Shown: piece by piece, positions 42,712-57,360 of the stretch
Layout of the letters: the number at the start of each line of letters is the position of its first letter
Position numbering within the stretch: the stretch's first letter is position 1
Source of the DNA: the human T2T-CHM13v2.0 reference genome, Homo sapiens
Assembly: GCF_009914755.1 (NCBI RefSeq)
Contig: NC_060935.1
Strand: one strand, 5' to 3'
Length of the DNA: 64,000 nt
Notes under the pieces: generated by a model
What the model saw: the letters and a program-made list of their open reading frames with translations, nothing else
The model's database searches: none
What the model was told of the DNA's origin: nothing
Program-made: the position numbers and the translations under genes

Positions 42712-45700
42712 CTGAGATTGTGTTTGCTCTCACCAGTCCTTTGGGAAGCTTTGGGTGAAGGTCTCACTCAGCATCACCTAGTGCCTTACTTTACAGAGAA
42801 GCAATTTGCAGCTCCTCCTAGAGAAGTCTTACAGTGTAGGGGAAATCTTCAGTTCTTTGTGGATCTCTTGGGGGAGTGGGATCAGTGGTAGAAGAATCAC
42901 AGGGTTGAGCTTGTGCTGGGGAAGGCACTTATGAGTCCAAAAAGATGATGTTGAGGGTAGGGTGGCAGGTGGTCGCCAAATTGCCAAGGTGGGTGCTTGG
43001 AGATGCTGATGAGTTCCCTATAACCGGAGCACTGTCCGATGCCTTTGGAGCCATATCACTTTAATTCCAGTGTTGGCTGTGTGACCTTCAGCAGGTGACT
43101 TCACCAATCAAGGCATGTCACATGGTGGTCTGGTAGTAAAGAATGAAAGGAAATGGTGCACGTGGAAACACTTTGCAAACAGCGAAAGACTGTACAAAGG
43201 TCAGAGAGTCTCATCAAGTAAAGAGACCAGGGCTGGAGGCAGGAGCCATAGGAAATGGTGGCACGGGATGTGATTGGGAGGAAGGGAGCCGGAAGGTTGA
43301 GGGCCTGTCATAGGGAATTAGAGGCCCTGAGCGCACATGCTCCCGGTGGGGGCAAGTGGGATCTGTTGACACTGTGAGTCAGCTGCTGAGCTGGAACCAG
43401 GCCCCCGGTCTCCAGAGGACAGTCCTGAGCATGGCCCCGGCAGCTGTGAAGTCCTGCAGGAGTGGCCCAAGCAGGAGGAAGCACTTTGCTTGGGCAGCAG
43501 ACGTGCCTCATTGCCAGGGTAGGTCTGGGAGGTGTCTGTGGCTGACAGATCTAGGGTACCTGTGTGGGAGGAAGACTTGGGAGGTGTGTGTGTTTTCTCT
43601 GGAGAATTTCCTTTGGCTCTGGGTTCTGAGAACGGGGGTGGGGAGCAGTCACATCAGCGTCTTTTGGGCTGTGGCCTGAAGGAAATGAAGTGGGTCAGAG
43701 CATCCACAGATCGATGTGGCTCAGGTCTGGATGGTTCTGCAGGAGGTTGAGGCTGGATGGCAGGGGGACGGGGGGGGGAGGTGTGGAGGATGCCCTCAGA
43801 CACATAGGGGAAAGGAAAGGGGGCTACAGGCACCTCTGAGGGCAGACAGGTGTGGCACCTCTCCCAATGTGGCCCCACTTCTGGCTGAAGTGCCTTCCCA
43901 GGTGGGGAGGATGAGGGTGGCTGCACAGTGCTTTGCTCTCTGCCACCAGGAGCCTAATTCCCGACAACAAGCTGCAGAGCCTGAGTTGCAGACCCTGCCC
44001 CATGGCGCTGGAAGTCCTGTTTTTCTCTCACCCAGGCCGTTTCTTCAGCATTCCATGCGGGTGTCTGCCTTAGCCAGCAACCTGTTTCACATCCTTGCTC
44101 CCCGAGGAAAGTTTTTGCCCTGTGCCCAGGCTGCAGTGTCAAGCCATGTGGGTGGAAGGAGGACACGGCCCTCCCAGACCCAGGGTTGTGAGCTGACTTT
44201 TCCATGCTATGGACTCGCCCTGTCCCCGTAGCTGCCACGCAGACACTGTCCAGCATTGCAGGTGCTTCCCTGGTCATTCCCATGTTGGTCTGAGGGGTAT
44301 CCATGGCCTGTCTCACCCGCTCCCTGCAGTGCTTCATACCTCCCCCGAGGAGTTGCTGGGCACTTCAGCTCATGTCTGGAAAGCTCTCTTAAGTGCAGAG
44401 TCCATTAAGGAGGAAGCCTACAGCCTCCCTGTTGTGAATATTCAGTATTCAAGTCTCCTCAGCTCACCCTCCACACCTCCTCCTGTTTGTTCTGATTTGT
44501 GGCTCAGCCTTATGGTTTGGGGCTCCAGGAGCCCTTTTCAGCCACCCTTTGCCTTCTGCTTGGGATGCTGGGACTGCCCACCAGAGCTGAGTGGCAGGCA
44601 GGGCAGATCTGAAGACACTGAGAGGAGGAGTTGGCCTCTGTTCCCCAAAAGGAGAGCTGAGCTTTCTTCCCAGTCCTGGGGTTTTGGGGTAGCAGGGAGC
44701 CCAGCCAGGTTAGCACCCTTGTCATTGTGCACAGATGCTGATTTCGAGTAAGTTCCAGCTGAGGCAGGGGGCCAGTCACTTAGGAGTGGACCTCGAGGGC
44801 AAGCAGCTCCCTGGAGCTACAATATTTCAACTCTGGTCCCCAGTCATATTCCCATTTTCCTTGTCCATGTTTCTCTAAAAGTTGCTTTCCTCAGCTCCTG
44901 GCAATTCCTCAGCTGCCCCATAAATCACAGTGCCTGGCTGCTGTGCTTTAGGGGTGCCGGGGAGCCAGGCATCTGTGGCCAGAGGATGCTGGAGCAGAGC
45001 TGACAGCAGCGGGCCAGAAGGCTGCAGCTGAAGGCACAGCTTGTCACTGGAAGCCACTCCTCCCCCAGTCCCTCTCCTCGAGACCAGAGGGGAACCTCAG
45101 TGTTTAATCACCTGTTGGCCCATCACTCTGTGATTTCAATTTCTCACCGGAATAGCTTTACATTACACTCCAGTGGACTGGGCAAGTAGCGCTGGGGGAA
45201 ATATCAATGAGCATGTGGTCAGAGGAAGATAAATCTTTTAGAACCGCGGAGCCCAGGACATTGCAGGATGCGGTTACCTCCCCAGCGGATAGGGCTGAAA
45301 ATGGTTTATTTTGATTTTCTTTTTTTGTTTCTGATACTGACTTGGGCTGGGCGTGGTCTTTCTGGGTTGGATGGGAAGCGTGAGTGTGGGTGTGGACGTG
45401 GGTTGTGTGTGTGGGCAGGAAAGACCCAGGAAACTGCCTTATCTGTGAGGACCTCTTTGCTGCTGAGGAAGGAGTCCAGGGAGATGCCGTGGAGGGGATT
45501 GGTGTGACCACGGGTAAGGGTGTTTTCATGGGGTGTTTGGCAGGAACGCCTAAGTCCTCTAGATGGGGATGGGGCTGTTATTACCGCGGGGCTGCCCGGG
45601 GAGTGCACGTGTGTAAAGTTGCTTGTGCCCATAAGTGTTTCTGTGGGAAGTGAGGGCGGAGGGGGTGTGGAGCGCCTGGTGGTGTGGGAGCGCGCAGGCT

Positions 45701-48700
45701 CCCGTGTCTGGCTGGCCTGGTGTTGGTGGGTGTGCGGAGCTGGGGGTTGCCGGGCTCTTCACAGCAGGAGGGAACAGTGGGAGTCGGAGGAGGCTGCCTT
45801 CAGGCTGTGGGAGGGCAGAGGGTGGGTTTCATACCTCATGTTATGACTCTTTACATGAGGAGCCGAGTGCTTTCTCAGTATTCCTTAGAAGGAAGCTGGG
45901 CTGCAGGCGGGGCTCTCACACACCCTTCTGTGTGCTACCTGGGGGCGTCTCACACGCCTGCTTCCATGCTCCTCCTTGAACCACCTGGAAGTCAGCTGGG
46001 GACAGTCCCCTCCCCCCCATGACAGAAGATAGCATTGTAGCCCATGGGTAGTTATGACTTCAGACTCTGGAACCTCACGGACCCAGATTGGATGCTGGCA
46101 CACCTCAGTTTCCTAATCTGTAAGATGGGGACAGTAAAACCTCCGAGAGCCGAATGGCAAGAATTCTCCCAGGTAATGCCTGGTGCGTAGAGAGATCCTG
46201 ATGAAAACACGCACTGAAAAAATGTTTTTGCTCTTGCGGCCGGAATCCTTTCCATAGAGAAGTGGTTATGTCGTGATCTGCATATATTAGCAGTAGGGAA
46301 GATGTAATGGGTCTCATTACTTGATAAGAAGTTAGCTCCCCACATCCTTGGGATAGACAGAATCTTGCATATCTGTTAGCAGTGTCATCAGCAAGAGTAT
46401 ATCTTAGCCTTGAGGAATGTTTCCACTTGGACATAGTCGATAGTTATTTCTTGAGCGCCTGCTGTGAGTTGGGGGTTAGTGAGGGCATGCAGATGAGGTG
46501 GTCATACCAGAGCCTATAAGGTGTAGATTCTGACCTCAAGTTGCTTAAAATCTGTTGAGAAGATATAGTTAATTTCTAGAAATGAGTGATGCCAGAGGTC
46601 AAAGGAGGGAGAGTGACTCGAGCCAGGGAGGTTGGGGAGACTCGGGTGGCCACGGCCTTTTTATGTGGGCCATGGGTACCGGTGGGAGTGAACAAAGGAA
46701 GGTGCTTGTAGAGGAACTGGCAGCAACGGGGGCGGGTTGGCGGGGTGACTGGTGGCTGGGAGGGGAAACTGCTGCCCGTCTGTTGTGTGCTGTAGGGCGC
46801 ATACAACAGAAGTGGTGAAAGCTAAGATTGGAAAAATGAGCTGGAGCTGGGTCCCCAGGAGCCATGATGGCAGGGCTGAAGGTTTGGTTTCCAATCTGTG
46901 AACGCATGGGCATTCACTGAAGTGTTCTGAGCAAGGGTTTGGAGGCTGGTGCCACCCACCAGGAAGAGTGGTATGGCAGCAGGGTACTGAGGGACAAGAG
47001 TAGGGGGTGCCCAGGTACAGAGGGCTTGAACCAGGGCAGTGGCCACTCTGCAGGGGAAAGGGGAGAGACAAAGCCTGGTTGATTATGGAAGGGAGACAGA
47101 AATCATGAGATTGGTCAGTGTGGTCACTAGGAGGGGAAGGGGTGGGAAGTGGGGCCAGGAAGCTGAGCTGGGCCTCGGAATCGCTGCCTAGAATGTGTTG
47201 CCCACACTTGACTTTCAGCGGGTCTGACTCCCGTCAGTGCTGGGCGGGAGTGTGAACGGCAGGCTTTCAGGGCTGCCCTCGAGGCCGTTCCCATCCCTGA
47301 GGACCCACTGAGGGGGTTCCAGTGTTCACAGCACTTATTTCCAGGCATTTGATCATTTTCTCACCAAATTACCCCTTGAAATTTCGCCTGCCTGAGTTCA
47401 GCCCAGGAGGTTACTATTCTGGGAAGTTTCATCAAAACCTTTTCAGTGTTTGGGAGTTCTCTGAGCCTGGAGGAGGATGGAGGAGAACAGGGCTTGCCCT
47501 CACCTGTGTTTGGGGGCTGCTCCTGCAAACCAGTCCTACACCTGGAGACGGTCCTGGCCAGGGAGCCTGCGGCTCTGGGGTGGAGGTCGGGACGGTGGCC
47601 CTCCGCTGTGTAAGGTGAGACAGGATGCTGCCTCGAATTCATCCTGAATGGGCCCCTCGTCATTGTCTCTCCTGGAGCCATTTAATTAATTGATGATTGA
47701 TGTTCCTGGACTTCCTTGAGGTTAATCTATTATTGATGTCCCTTCGTTTATATAACATATGCTGCACCTCCCAGCCCCTGGCTGCTCCTGATGGGCAGGC
47801 CACACCGTGGAGTGGGCTCCCTGGGGCTGCACCTCTGTCTCCTGGGGACAGGGCCCTGCACTTAGCTTTCTCAAAGCCTTTCAGGTTTGGGGTCAGGGAG
47901 GGCACCAGGGCGTGTCTTTAGGAGGCTTTGCTCAGCCACAAAATAATACTAGTAACAATAACTTCCATTTTCTGAATGTGGATGAACTGAACCCAGGAGA
48001 GTGTATAGAGGATGTCATTTACTCCTTGCAACAGCAACCCCCTGCACGCTCCCATCCCTCCAACCTCCATCTTACGGGCGGCTTAGGGAGCTTGCATCAC
48101 CTGCTCAGGGACACTCAGAGAGGCAGGGAGCCAGGGTTTGAACCCAGGATGGGTTCTTTTTGGTGTCCCTGTCCATACGCCACCTCTCCCTCAGGTCCCA
48201 CACAATCCCACCTCCTCCATGAGGCCATTCTCCATGCTCCACTGACTCTAGCACTCTTTTTTTTTTTTGAGACGGAGTCTCGCTCTGTCACTCAGGCTGG
48301 AGTGCAGTGGTGTGATCTCAGCTCACTGCAACCTCCGCCTCCTGGTTCAAGTGATTCTCATGCCTCAGCCTCCCTAGTAGCTAGGATTACAGGCACGTGC
48401 CACCACGTCCGGCTGATTTTTGTTTTAGTACAGATGGGGTTTCACCATGTTGGCCAGGCTGGTCTTGAACTCCTGACCTCAGGTGATCCACCCGCCTCGC
48501 TCGGCCTCCCAAAGTGTTGGGCTTACAGGCATGAGCCACCGCGCCTGGCCAAACAAAGGCATCTTGTAGCACTCTCATCTGAATAGCGCTGGCGCCCCTC
48601 AGAGAGAGCATGTGTGTTCCCCTCACTGATCTGTGTCCTCACTGAAGCATAACAATCATGGCGAAATAACATTTAGGGAGCACAGGTGCCAGGCACCAAG

Positions 48701-49013
48701 CTCAGTACTTTTTGTATCTTCTCTCATTTAATCCTCATGACCATAACAAGGAGCATGGGACTGCTGGGCCTGGAGTGTTCCTGGCTCTGCTGGGCAGCTG
48801 TGAACAAGTCACTTTTCTTTTGTTAGCCTCAGTTGCCCTGTCTGTATAATAGCAGCAATGATATTTGTCCTGTCTCCCTCACTGTTCAAAGGTGACACTG
48901 GATGGGAAAGGCCTTTGGGAAAGACATTGTACTAACAAAGGATTAGGGATGGCTGGGTGCGGTGGCTCACACCTGTAATCCCAGCACTTTGGGAGACCGA
49001 GGCGGGCGGGTCA

Positions 49014-49274
<261 letters not shown>

Positions 49275-50406
49275 TCAAGAGCTGGCATGAAGGCTGGGAA
49301 TACTTAAGGCTGGGCACATAAACCCAAGCCAAGGCATCTGCACCCACCCTCTAAGCCACCCCAGCCCGGCAGATGAATTCTGCAGCTTGCCAGCTGCCAA
49401 GAACTTGCTTGAGGAACCTGTGTGGCCAGGAGTGGGGCGGGAGATCCTTAGAGTGGCTGCCAGGCCCTGGTCTGTTGTCCTGGCTGGATGAGCAGTGCCT
49501 GGGTCCTTGGAGGCGGTCCCTCCCACTCTGGGCGCCTGGATTTTGTGGAAGTGCAGGGGGCCCGTGGGGGGTTCTGGGCCCTGCTTCCTCTCCCATCTCC
49601 CACATGCAGCCTAACTAGGTCAGTTCAGGCTGGGTGTGGGGAGGAAGGAGGATAGCTCGCCAGGCAGCCACCCAGACCTCCCCTCACCCCTCAACACATG
49701 CGGAAAGCCTTGTGAGGAGGTGAGCCCTGTGTCTGTTCCGGAAAGCGACGGGGCCACCAGCCTCACAGTGGCAAGGCTCCCGGGGCACTGGCTGGGAATC
49801 CTCTGCTTTCTCATCAGCTTTACTCGGAGCGCATTTCAGTGCTGGGCTGGGGCTGGGGAAGATGACACATGCTGCCAGGGCCTGAAGAAAAGGGCAGAGC
49901 CCTTGGACTTGTGGGTGGGGGCAAGGCATGCCTGCCATCGCTCATTGGAAATTGTGGCCAGGCTACTGTTAGGGGATGTTTTGTTTCACTTCCCAAGTTT
50001 CCGCCTTCTGCGGGCCGGGATTACATCAGGCTCCCCTGGCACGCCCTTTAGCCAACTCCCACTTCATCCAAGCTCCTCCACTGCCCTGGGACAGCTGCCC
50101 CGCTGCAGTTTTGGGGCAGGCTGCAGAATCACTGCGCAGCCCTAGGCCCAGTGGCTAAGGGGACTGTCCTGGCCTTTTCAGCCTCATCTGCAGAGGCTGG
50201 GAACTCCCAGTGCCCTGCCTCCCAGTTAGCACCTGCCCACTTCACCCACTCGAGTCTGCCTGGTCTCCAAGATTATCCACTTCTGATTCATTCTCTCTCC
50301 CTCTTTAAATTCAGCATAGCACAGGCCTTCAGACATGGGCTTTAGCATAAAGACAGAGCTTTATATGAGACCACTACTACTTGTGCAAGTCACTTGACCT
50401 GTTTGA

Positions 50407-50625
<219 letters not shown>

Positions 50626-52889
50626 TAGCCAGGATGGTCTCGATCTCCTGACCTCGTGATCCATCCACCTCGGCCTCCCAAAGTGCTGGGTTTACAGGAG
50701 TGAGCCACTGTGCCTGGCCTCTTTTGGTACTGCTTCTATCCACTGCCTTTTCTTTGTCTAACTTTTCCTCTCTGAGGCCTTTAGGGGAAGCCAGTTTCTT
50801 CCTCAGATTCTCTGAGTCTCCCCGCACAAAGCCCCTCAGCCCTTTCAGCTGCCCTCCTAAGAGTTGGGGGATCATGACTTGGCCTCACAGAATTCCATGC
50901 CATCCTCTCTGGTCTGGGCAGCCTCTCCAGGGCAATGGGAGTGCAGCCCACCGGGTCTGCAGAGCCCCAGCTGAGGCCTGAGCTTCCAGGCACCGCAAAC
51001 TCTCCTGGGCTGCAGGGCCAGAGTCAGCCCCAGTGCACCCCCAGGGCCAGAACACCAGCCGTATCCAAGTCTCTTTCCCCCTAGGAACTTAAGGAATTTT
51101 TCTTAAGGGTTGTTTCAGTTTCATACCTTTGAAAAGAACTTGCTTCTCCTTTGACACCTTCGCTGGGACTGGGGCCAGACCGTGGAGCAGATAATAGTTT
51201 TGCCACGTGTAGTCTCCCATCTCCCCATTTATTCAAGGACATTTATTGAGCACCTACTTGCCAAGCCTTGTGCCTGGAGCTGGGAATAATGGTATCACTT
51301 TGTCCTGAGGGAGTTCCTGGGTTGGCATAAGCGGACACTACCACTCTACCAGCAGCCACAATGGCAAAAGCTATGTGGTGAGTCCTCTCTGCTACACAGT
51401 GCTTTATGTGTAGGGACACATTTAATGCAATGAACAGTGATGGCTTCCATTTTCTAGACACTCACCCCTCTAGGCTCTGTGCTCAGGACAGTCCCATGGC
51501 ACCCATGGAGGAAGCACTCGTTTCACAGCAGGGGTCCAAGTCTAGGACCTCAGCTTCCTTGGGGAATTGAGGGAATCTGTTAGAGGCTGCGTGTTTGTAG
51601 CTGGGACTCAGGTTCCGTCTGTCTGGCCCCTGCTCTCAGGGTGTGCACATTCCCCTCACCTGGCATGGGGTTTGGGGATTCTGTGAGCCACGGGAGGAAC
51701 AGCCGCCCACAAAAGGAAGGCCCCCTTTGGCTATCCTCTTGCTGCGAAGGCCAGGCCCCGCTCCCAGGAAGCCCTCGCCGCTCCCCACATGTAGACCCAT
51801 CTGTGGCTTGCACCACCTTGTTACTCCCACTGTTGTCCAACCGACCTTCACCGACCCTGTACCTCGCCGGCCGTGGCAGGCGGCTTTCAGGCTCGCACAG
51901 CATGGCTCCTCTCACCCCACACGCCCCTGCCAGTGCCACTCCAGATTGTTCTCTTTGCTGCCTGCCTGCTACACCATGCAGTTTAGAACACAGCCTAATG
52001 GAGGGCTCGGGGCACCTGAGCAGCTGCCTGCTCCATTTCTTCACCCCTTTAATCCCTCCCTTCCCCAGGTGAACCCTATTCAGCAGGCTTCCGGCAGCAA
52101 TAACAAAGCTGGGCACCCAGCCCACCAGCTGCTCAGTGCTTTATAAAAGTTTAACCTTAATGGTGTAATGAACTCCCATCATAAAGCAGCTGGAGCAGTG
52201 CATCCTGGGATGTATAAATTATAGGAACCCTCTGAAATTGTAATTGGAAATGGCAACAACAAGAAGGTTGAAAGTGGCTGGCCTCATTGGGCTGAGCACA
52301 GCTATTCTCTGTCTCCTTTCAAAAGGCACACAAAACTGAGTCTGGCTGTGAAGAAAGAATATCCTCAGCCCAAATCGAGCTCCTGGTTCTTCCGCCCGAG
52401 TTCCCACTTCCTGCCTCCAACTGTGTCTGCAGAGCCTGCAGCCTTTGGAGGTGGGACCCCCCCCAACCCAACCTGGCCCTGTGCTCTGGCTCTGTGCCCG
52501 CAGACAGAGTGGGCTGAGAGGGAACAAACACAGCCACAGGGGCAGGCTCCACCATGCTCCAGGGAGCGCTTTGGAGCAGTTGATTTGACCTCCTCGAGTC
52601 TCCATAAAGTGGAGTGAACCCACCTTGGAGTGCTGGTGGTGATTGAATGGGAAACCGCAGGGGGTGTTGGGATGTAGGGTTGAGAACTCAGGCCAGACGG
52701 TCTGGCTGCCTGTTGCAGCTCCTGCTGGGGGTAGTCTTGAGTCCTTAACCAGGTCCTTTCACCTCTCAGCTGCAGTTTCCACCTGTAAAATCAGGGAATA
52801 ATTGGCCTCTGAGGAGTGTTAGGAGGTGACATGAGATGATGCTGGCTTGTGACAGACTCAGCATCGTGCTTCTTTGATGGGCACACAGA

Positions 52890-53450
52890 TCACTGGGGAG
52901 CTTGCCAACGCAGATTCCAGTTTAGGCTGGCTGGGCCCAGATGTGCATTTCTAACAACTCCCAATAATGCTGCTGCTGCAGGCCCTGGAGCACACCTCAC
53001 CTTGAGTCTGGAGGGCAGTGTTTGACCCATAGTCAGTGCATTAGAGCCTGCTGTGATCGTACGTCCAGGCAGAACCCAGGGCCTGCACAGGTGCCCACGT
53101 GGCCCATGAGCCGGCAGCTTCAGCATCACCTGGGACCAGGTTAGAAATGCAGCATCTCAGCATCCCTTCACCACCACCCTCCTCCACATCAGAATCGCTG
53201 GGAGGGGAGCCTGCAGCCAGCTCTGGAAGTTCTGCTTATGCACACTTGAGCAGTCCTGGCCAGGACTCATCCTTCAGAGCAGGATTTCTGAGTGTAGATT
53301 GGTTAACTCCAGCCTCAGAGTCTCCTGGGGTTGGCCATGGTAGAACTTGGAACCTAAAAATATAGGTTCCTGAGCCCTGCCTTGGGCTTACTGATTCAGA
53401 ATTGCTGGGCGGGGCCTGGGAGTCTGCATAAGTTTGAGAGTTACTGGCGA
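52890..53450. mobile_element. Cluster of MER5-type (hAT-Charlie) fragments
   Basis: Repeated 'tgcatttctaacaa', 'cagcatcacctggga..gttagaaatgca', 'tcagaat' motifs. Similar fragments at ~1540-1650, ~7225-7360, ~30335-30470 and ~38905-39030. Confidence 0.65.
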
Positions 53451-54208
53451 CCACTCATTGCCTGAGAGATGGGAAGAAGGGCAGAATCCCCGCTCCCCAC
53501 TCCCACCCTTTATGCATAAACCTTTGCATCTGCCAGGGGGAGAAGGAACACCAGGCTGGGGTCAGGAGTTCCGGGTTCCTGCAGGATCCTGTCACCAAAG
53601 CCCAGGACCCCAGAGCCACTCTGCCTGGGGCCCAGCTGTGGGGTTTTCTCACACCGAGAAGAGGGAAACAACCCAACATCCCCGAGTAGAGAGTTGGTTG
53701 AATGAACTTCCGTACATCTTGTATGTGGACTACTCCACAATAATGAGGAAAGATGGCGGTAGGAAAATGTTTAAGGAGAAGTGCTCACCTTTTAGTTCAG
53801 TAAAAAAAAAATGGTAGATGCCGAATGGTCCCACAATTAGATGGAGGAAAAAAAAGACTAGAAGGATGTTAATAGTTGATAGTTTTCCTAGAGGGATCAT
53901 GGGTGATTTATATTTTCTTCTTTTTGGTTTCTATTTTTTTTTTTTTTGGTGAGATTGAGTCTCACTCTGTTGCCCAGGCTGGAGTGCAGTGGTGCGGTCT
54001 GCCTTCTCAGTTCAAGCCATTCTCCTGCCTTAGCCTCGCAAATATCTGGGACTGTAGGTGCCCGCCACCACATCTGGCTAATTTTTGTATTTTTAGTACA
54101 GACGGGGTTTCACCATGTTGGCCAGGCTGGTCTCGAACTCCTGGACCTCAGGTGATCCAGCCTCCCAAAGTACTGGGATTACAGATATGAGCCACTGCAC
54201 CCAGCTAG

Positions 54209-54589
<381 letters not shown>

Positions 54590-56376
54590 TAAGTCAGCGT
54601 GTCTGGTCTGGGGTCCCCGGTCACAGTGCACCTGCCCTGCCTGAGGTGAGGCTCCTGCAGCCAGGGGCAGCCCAGACTCCCCCACTGGGGTGACTTTCAC
54701 CATCGCCTCCCTCACCTCCAGGGTATGGCTGATGATCCCCAGGGCTTCACACCGCTTCTCCCGCTTTCTTACTTCCTCTCTGCTTTGAGTCTTCCCTGAT
54801 GATGCCCAGCACTCCTCCCATTTTACATAAGAGGAGAGGGTGGGGAGGGGACAGCTGAGAGGTGGGAAGCCCCCAGCTTGCAAACCTCTGAGGCCAAGTT
54901 TAGTTTGGCATCACCTAGGTGACTAAATCTAAATTCCAGAGTCTAGGCACATAGGATATGCTCGGAGAGTAATGGCTGCATGAATGAGGCTGGGAAGGCA
55001 GCCAAGGATGGGGCAGAGGCCCAAAGCTGTGTGACCTTGGCACGTCAGCATTCCTCTATGAGCTTAGGGTACTCATCTGTAGGATTCGGGGAATCAGGGA
55101 GGCGTGGCATCTGAGTTCCCTGGGCCTCTCCAGCTCTGAACTTCTGGGGACTGTCACATGTCTTCAGTCCTGCTTCCTTGCCTGTTTTTTTCTAAGCAAT
55201 TTTTGCTGCCCAAGAAGACCTCACCTGTGTGTTCCAGCTACCCAGTGAGTTTGCGCGTAAATGGCTGCTCAGGGCAGGGCTCTCCAGTCAAGGGCTTGAG
55301 CAAGGCCACTGCTGTCCCCACAGCCAGGCTTCCATGCTGTGGCAGGAGGAAGGGAGACCAATGCTGGGACATGAGAGCGATCCACCACCCATAGCAGAGG
55401 GCCGGGGTGCCTGGGTGTGCTTGGACCTGACATTGGCCTCACGTGCACCCTTTGTGCCTCTGCGCCGGCTGCCTGTCAGTTGTCAGGTGTCTGCCTTTCA
55501 TCCTTTCCTGGCCAAAGCTGCCTTTATTCAAGTGCCCCCTGCCAGGCTTTGTGTCTGATACCCCATTTCCGGCAGCCCTGAATCTGTGGCCCTTTGAGCT
55601 GCTGTTTTCCATCGAGTGGCTCCGTGGGGAGGAAGGGTGGGAGAAATCCATTCAAGTCATTTGTTTTAAAGACATTGAAGTAAACCCATGGGATTCATGC
55701 GGTCACATGTTTTCAGTCTTCTTTCAAAGTAATAGTTGGGTTTCTGGATCGCTCGCATTACCCACTTCCCTGCCTGGGAAGAGCGAGAGGCCTGGTCTTC
55801 AGGAAGAACCATGGAGAGGGGAAGCCTGGAAGATAAAAGCTGGGGGCCTGGCAAAACCCAAACATGTGCACGTCTCCCCGCCAGTGGAGGGGCTCTGCCT
55901 GGGGAGCACCAAGCACCTGTGTTCTGGTGATTCCAGGAAGCAGCCCCACGGGCCCTCTCTGTGTACTCGCAAGCGTGTTTTTCCTAGCCCAGGGAGCCTG
56001 CAGAAACTACCTTTGCCAGCAACTGAGAGGCAGGGTTGGGAGCTAAAGTGGTGCCCAGCCTCCCTGCTGGCTGGAATCTGGCCCTGCACAAGGTGCATCT
56101 GCCCACAGGCTCTGGGGAACCGGGTGGGAGGAGGGGCAAGAGGAGGGGAGCCAGCTTTGCTTTCCCCGCTCTTTCTGTTCAACCATCAGGCACCTCTAGG
56201 AAGCTTTCTCTGCCTGGGGCTGAGCAGTGGTCCAGGCATCAGTGTCGGAGCTCTGTGCTCACTGACCCGCCCCGGTTTCCTTGTTATTCTGCACTGTGAG
56301 CTACTTGAGGATAGGGCTTGGCATCCTCGAGTTCATGTCCCCAGAAGCTCCTGCCTAAGGGCCTGCTGAGTCCAAC

Positions 56377-57360
56377 CCACTCCCACTTCCCAGCGGGGAG
56401 GAGCAGTGGGAGCTTCTTGTCTGGGAGCTTTCAGGTCCTAGGTCCACTCTCTGGCCCTGGTCTGAGCCTCCCACCCCGCTCCAGCCAACTGGTCTGGCGA
56501 GTTTGTGGGGACCTGGCCACAGGCGCTTCTCCAGGGACAGAATGTCCTGCTGTAAGGAGGCTTTGTGCCTGGCTTTCTGTTCTTCTTGGCTCCTCTTTGC
56601 TCCTCCTCTCTCTCTTTCATCCCAGGGAGGGTACTGACTTCTGGCTTAAGTCTGCTCTCTATCTTGCCTTTTTGGGGTCCAGGACAGCATATAGTGGGGG
56701 TGCTGGGCTCAGGCAGAGCAGTGGCCTTGCCTGGAAGGAGGGCAGGGGCAGGGCCCTTCAGGAATGAGGTAGGGTGTGCATCCCTGCGTGCCCCGGTGAG
56801 ACCCTGGAAAGCCAGATACCCAGAGTGTGGGTGACAGGCTCCGGGCCAGAGCCCAGGGGCTGTGGTGACCGTTCTCCCACCTCCTTCCCCGCTGATGTTC
56901 AAGGGTGAGGGACCAGAGGCCCAAAGACGGCAGCCTGCGGAGGCCTCGCTCCAGGACTCCGCCCCCACTGAGACTCCTCCCTGTCCCCACCACCAGGCTT
57001 GCTCTCAGGGAGCAGGAAATGAGAGTGGGGGAGCCTGGGTGTTCCTCTCACCCTCTGCGGGAGGGGCTGGGCACCCCGTTCCGTAGGTGTCAGCGGAACC
57101 GTCACCAGCGGTGGGCGCCAGTGCCGGGATTTCCCTGGCTGACTCACCCTCGGCCTGGCTGTGCCTCAGCCTAGGCATGAGTTCTCTGTGAAGGTGTCTG
57201 GATAGTGACAGTGATTCCCATGGAGTCCTGGGAGCGGGAGAGTGGGGGTGGAGGTGCCCACTACCCTGGCTGCCTGCCTTCCACTCCCAGTGGACCTGAC
57301 GCCCAGCCGTCCGTCCGTCAAGGACACCACCCCCACTTCCCAGCGGGGAGGAGCAGTGGG
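56377..57360 (+). repeat. 34-bp direct repeat pair (56377-56410 and 57327-57360)
   Basis: CCAC(T/C)CCCACTTCCCAGCGGGGAGGAGCAGTGGG, 33/34 identical, copies 950 bp apart. Confidence 0.9.

Noticed and set aside
55443-56369. 308-aa + strand ORF
   Set aside because: Non-ATG start, no known homology or coding-like composition; consistent with chance in a GC-rich intron.
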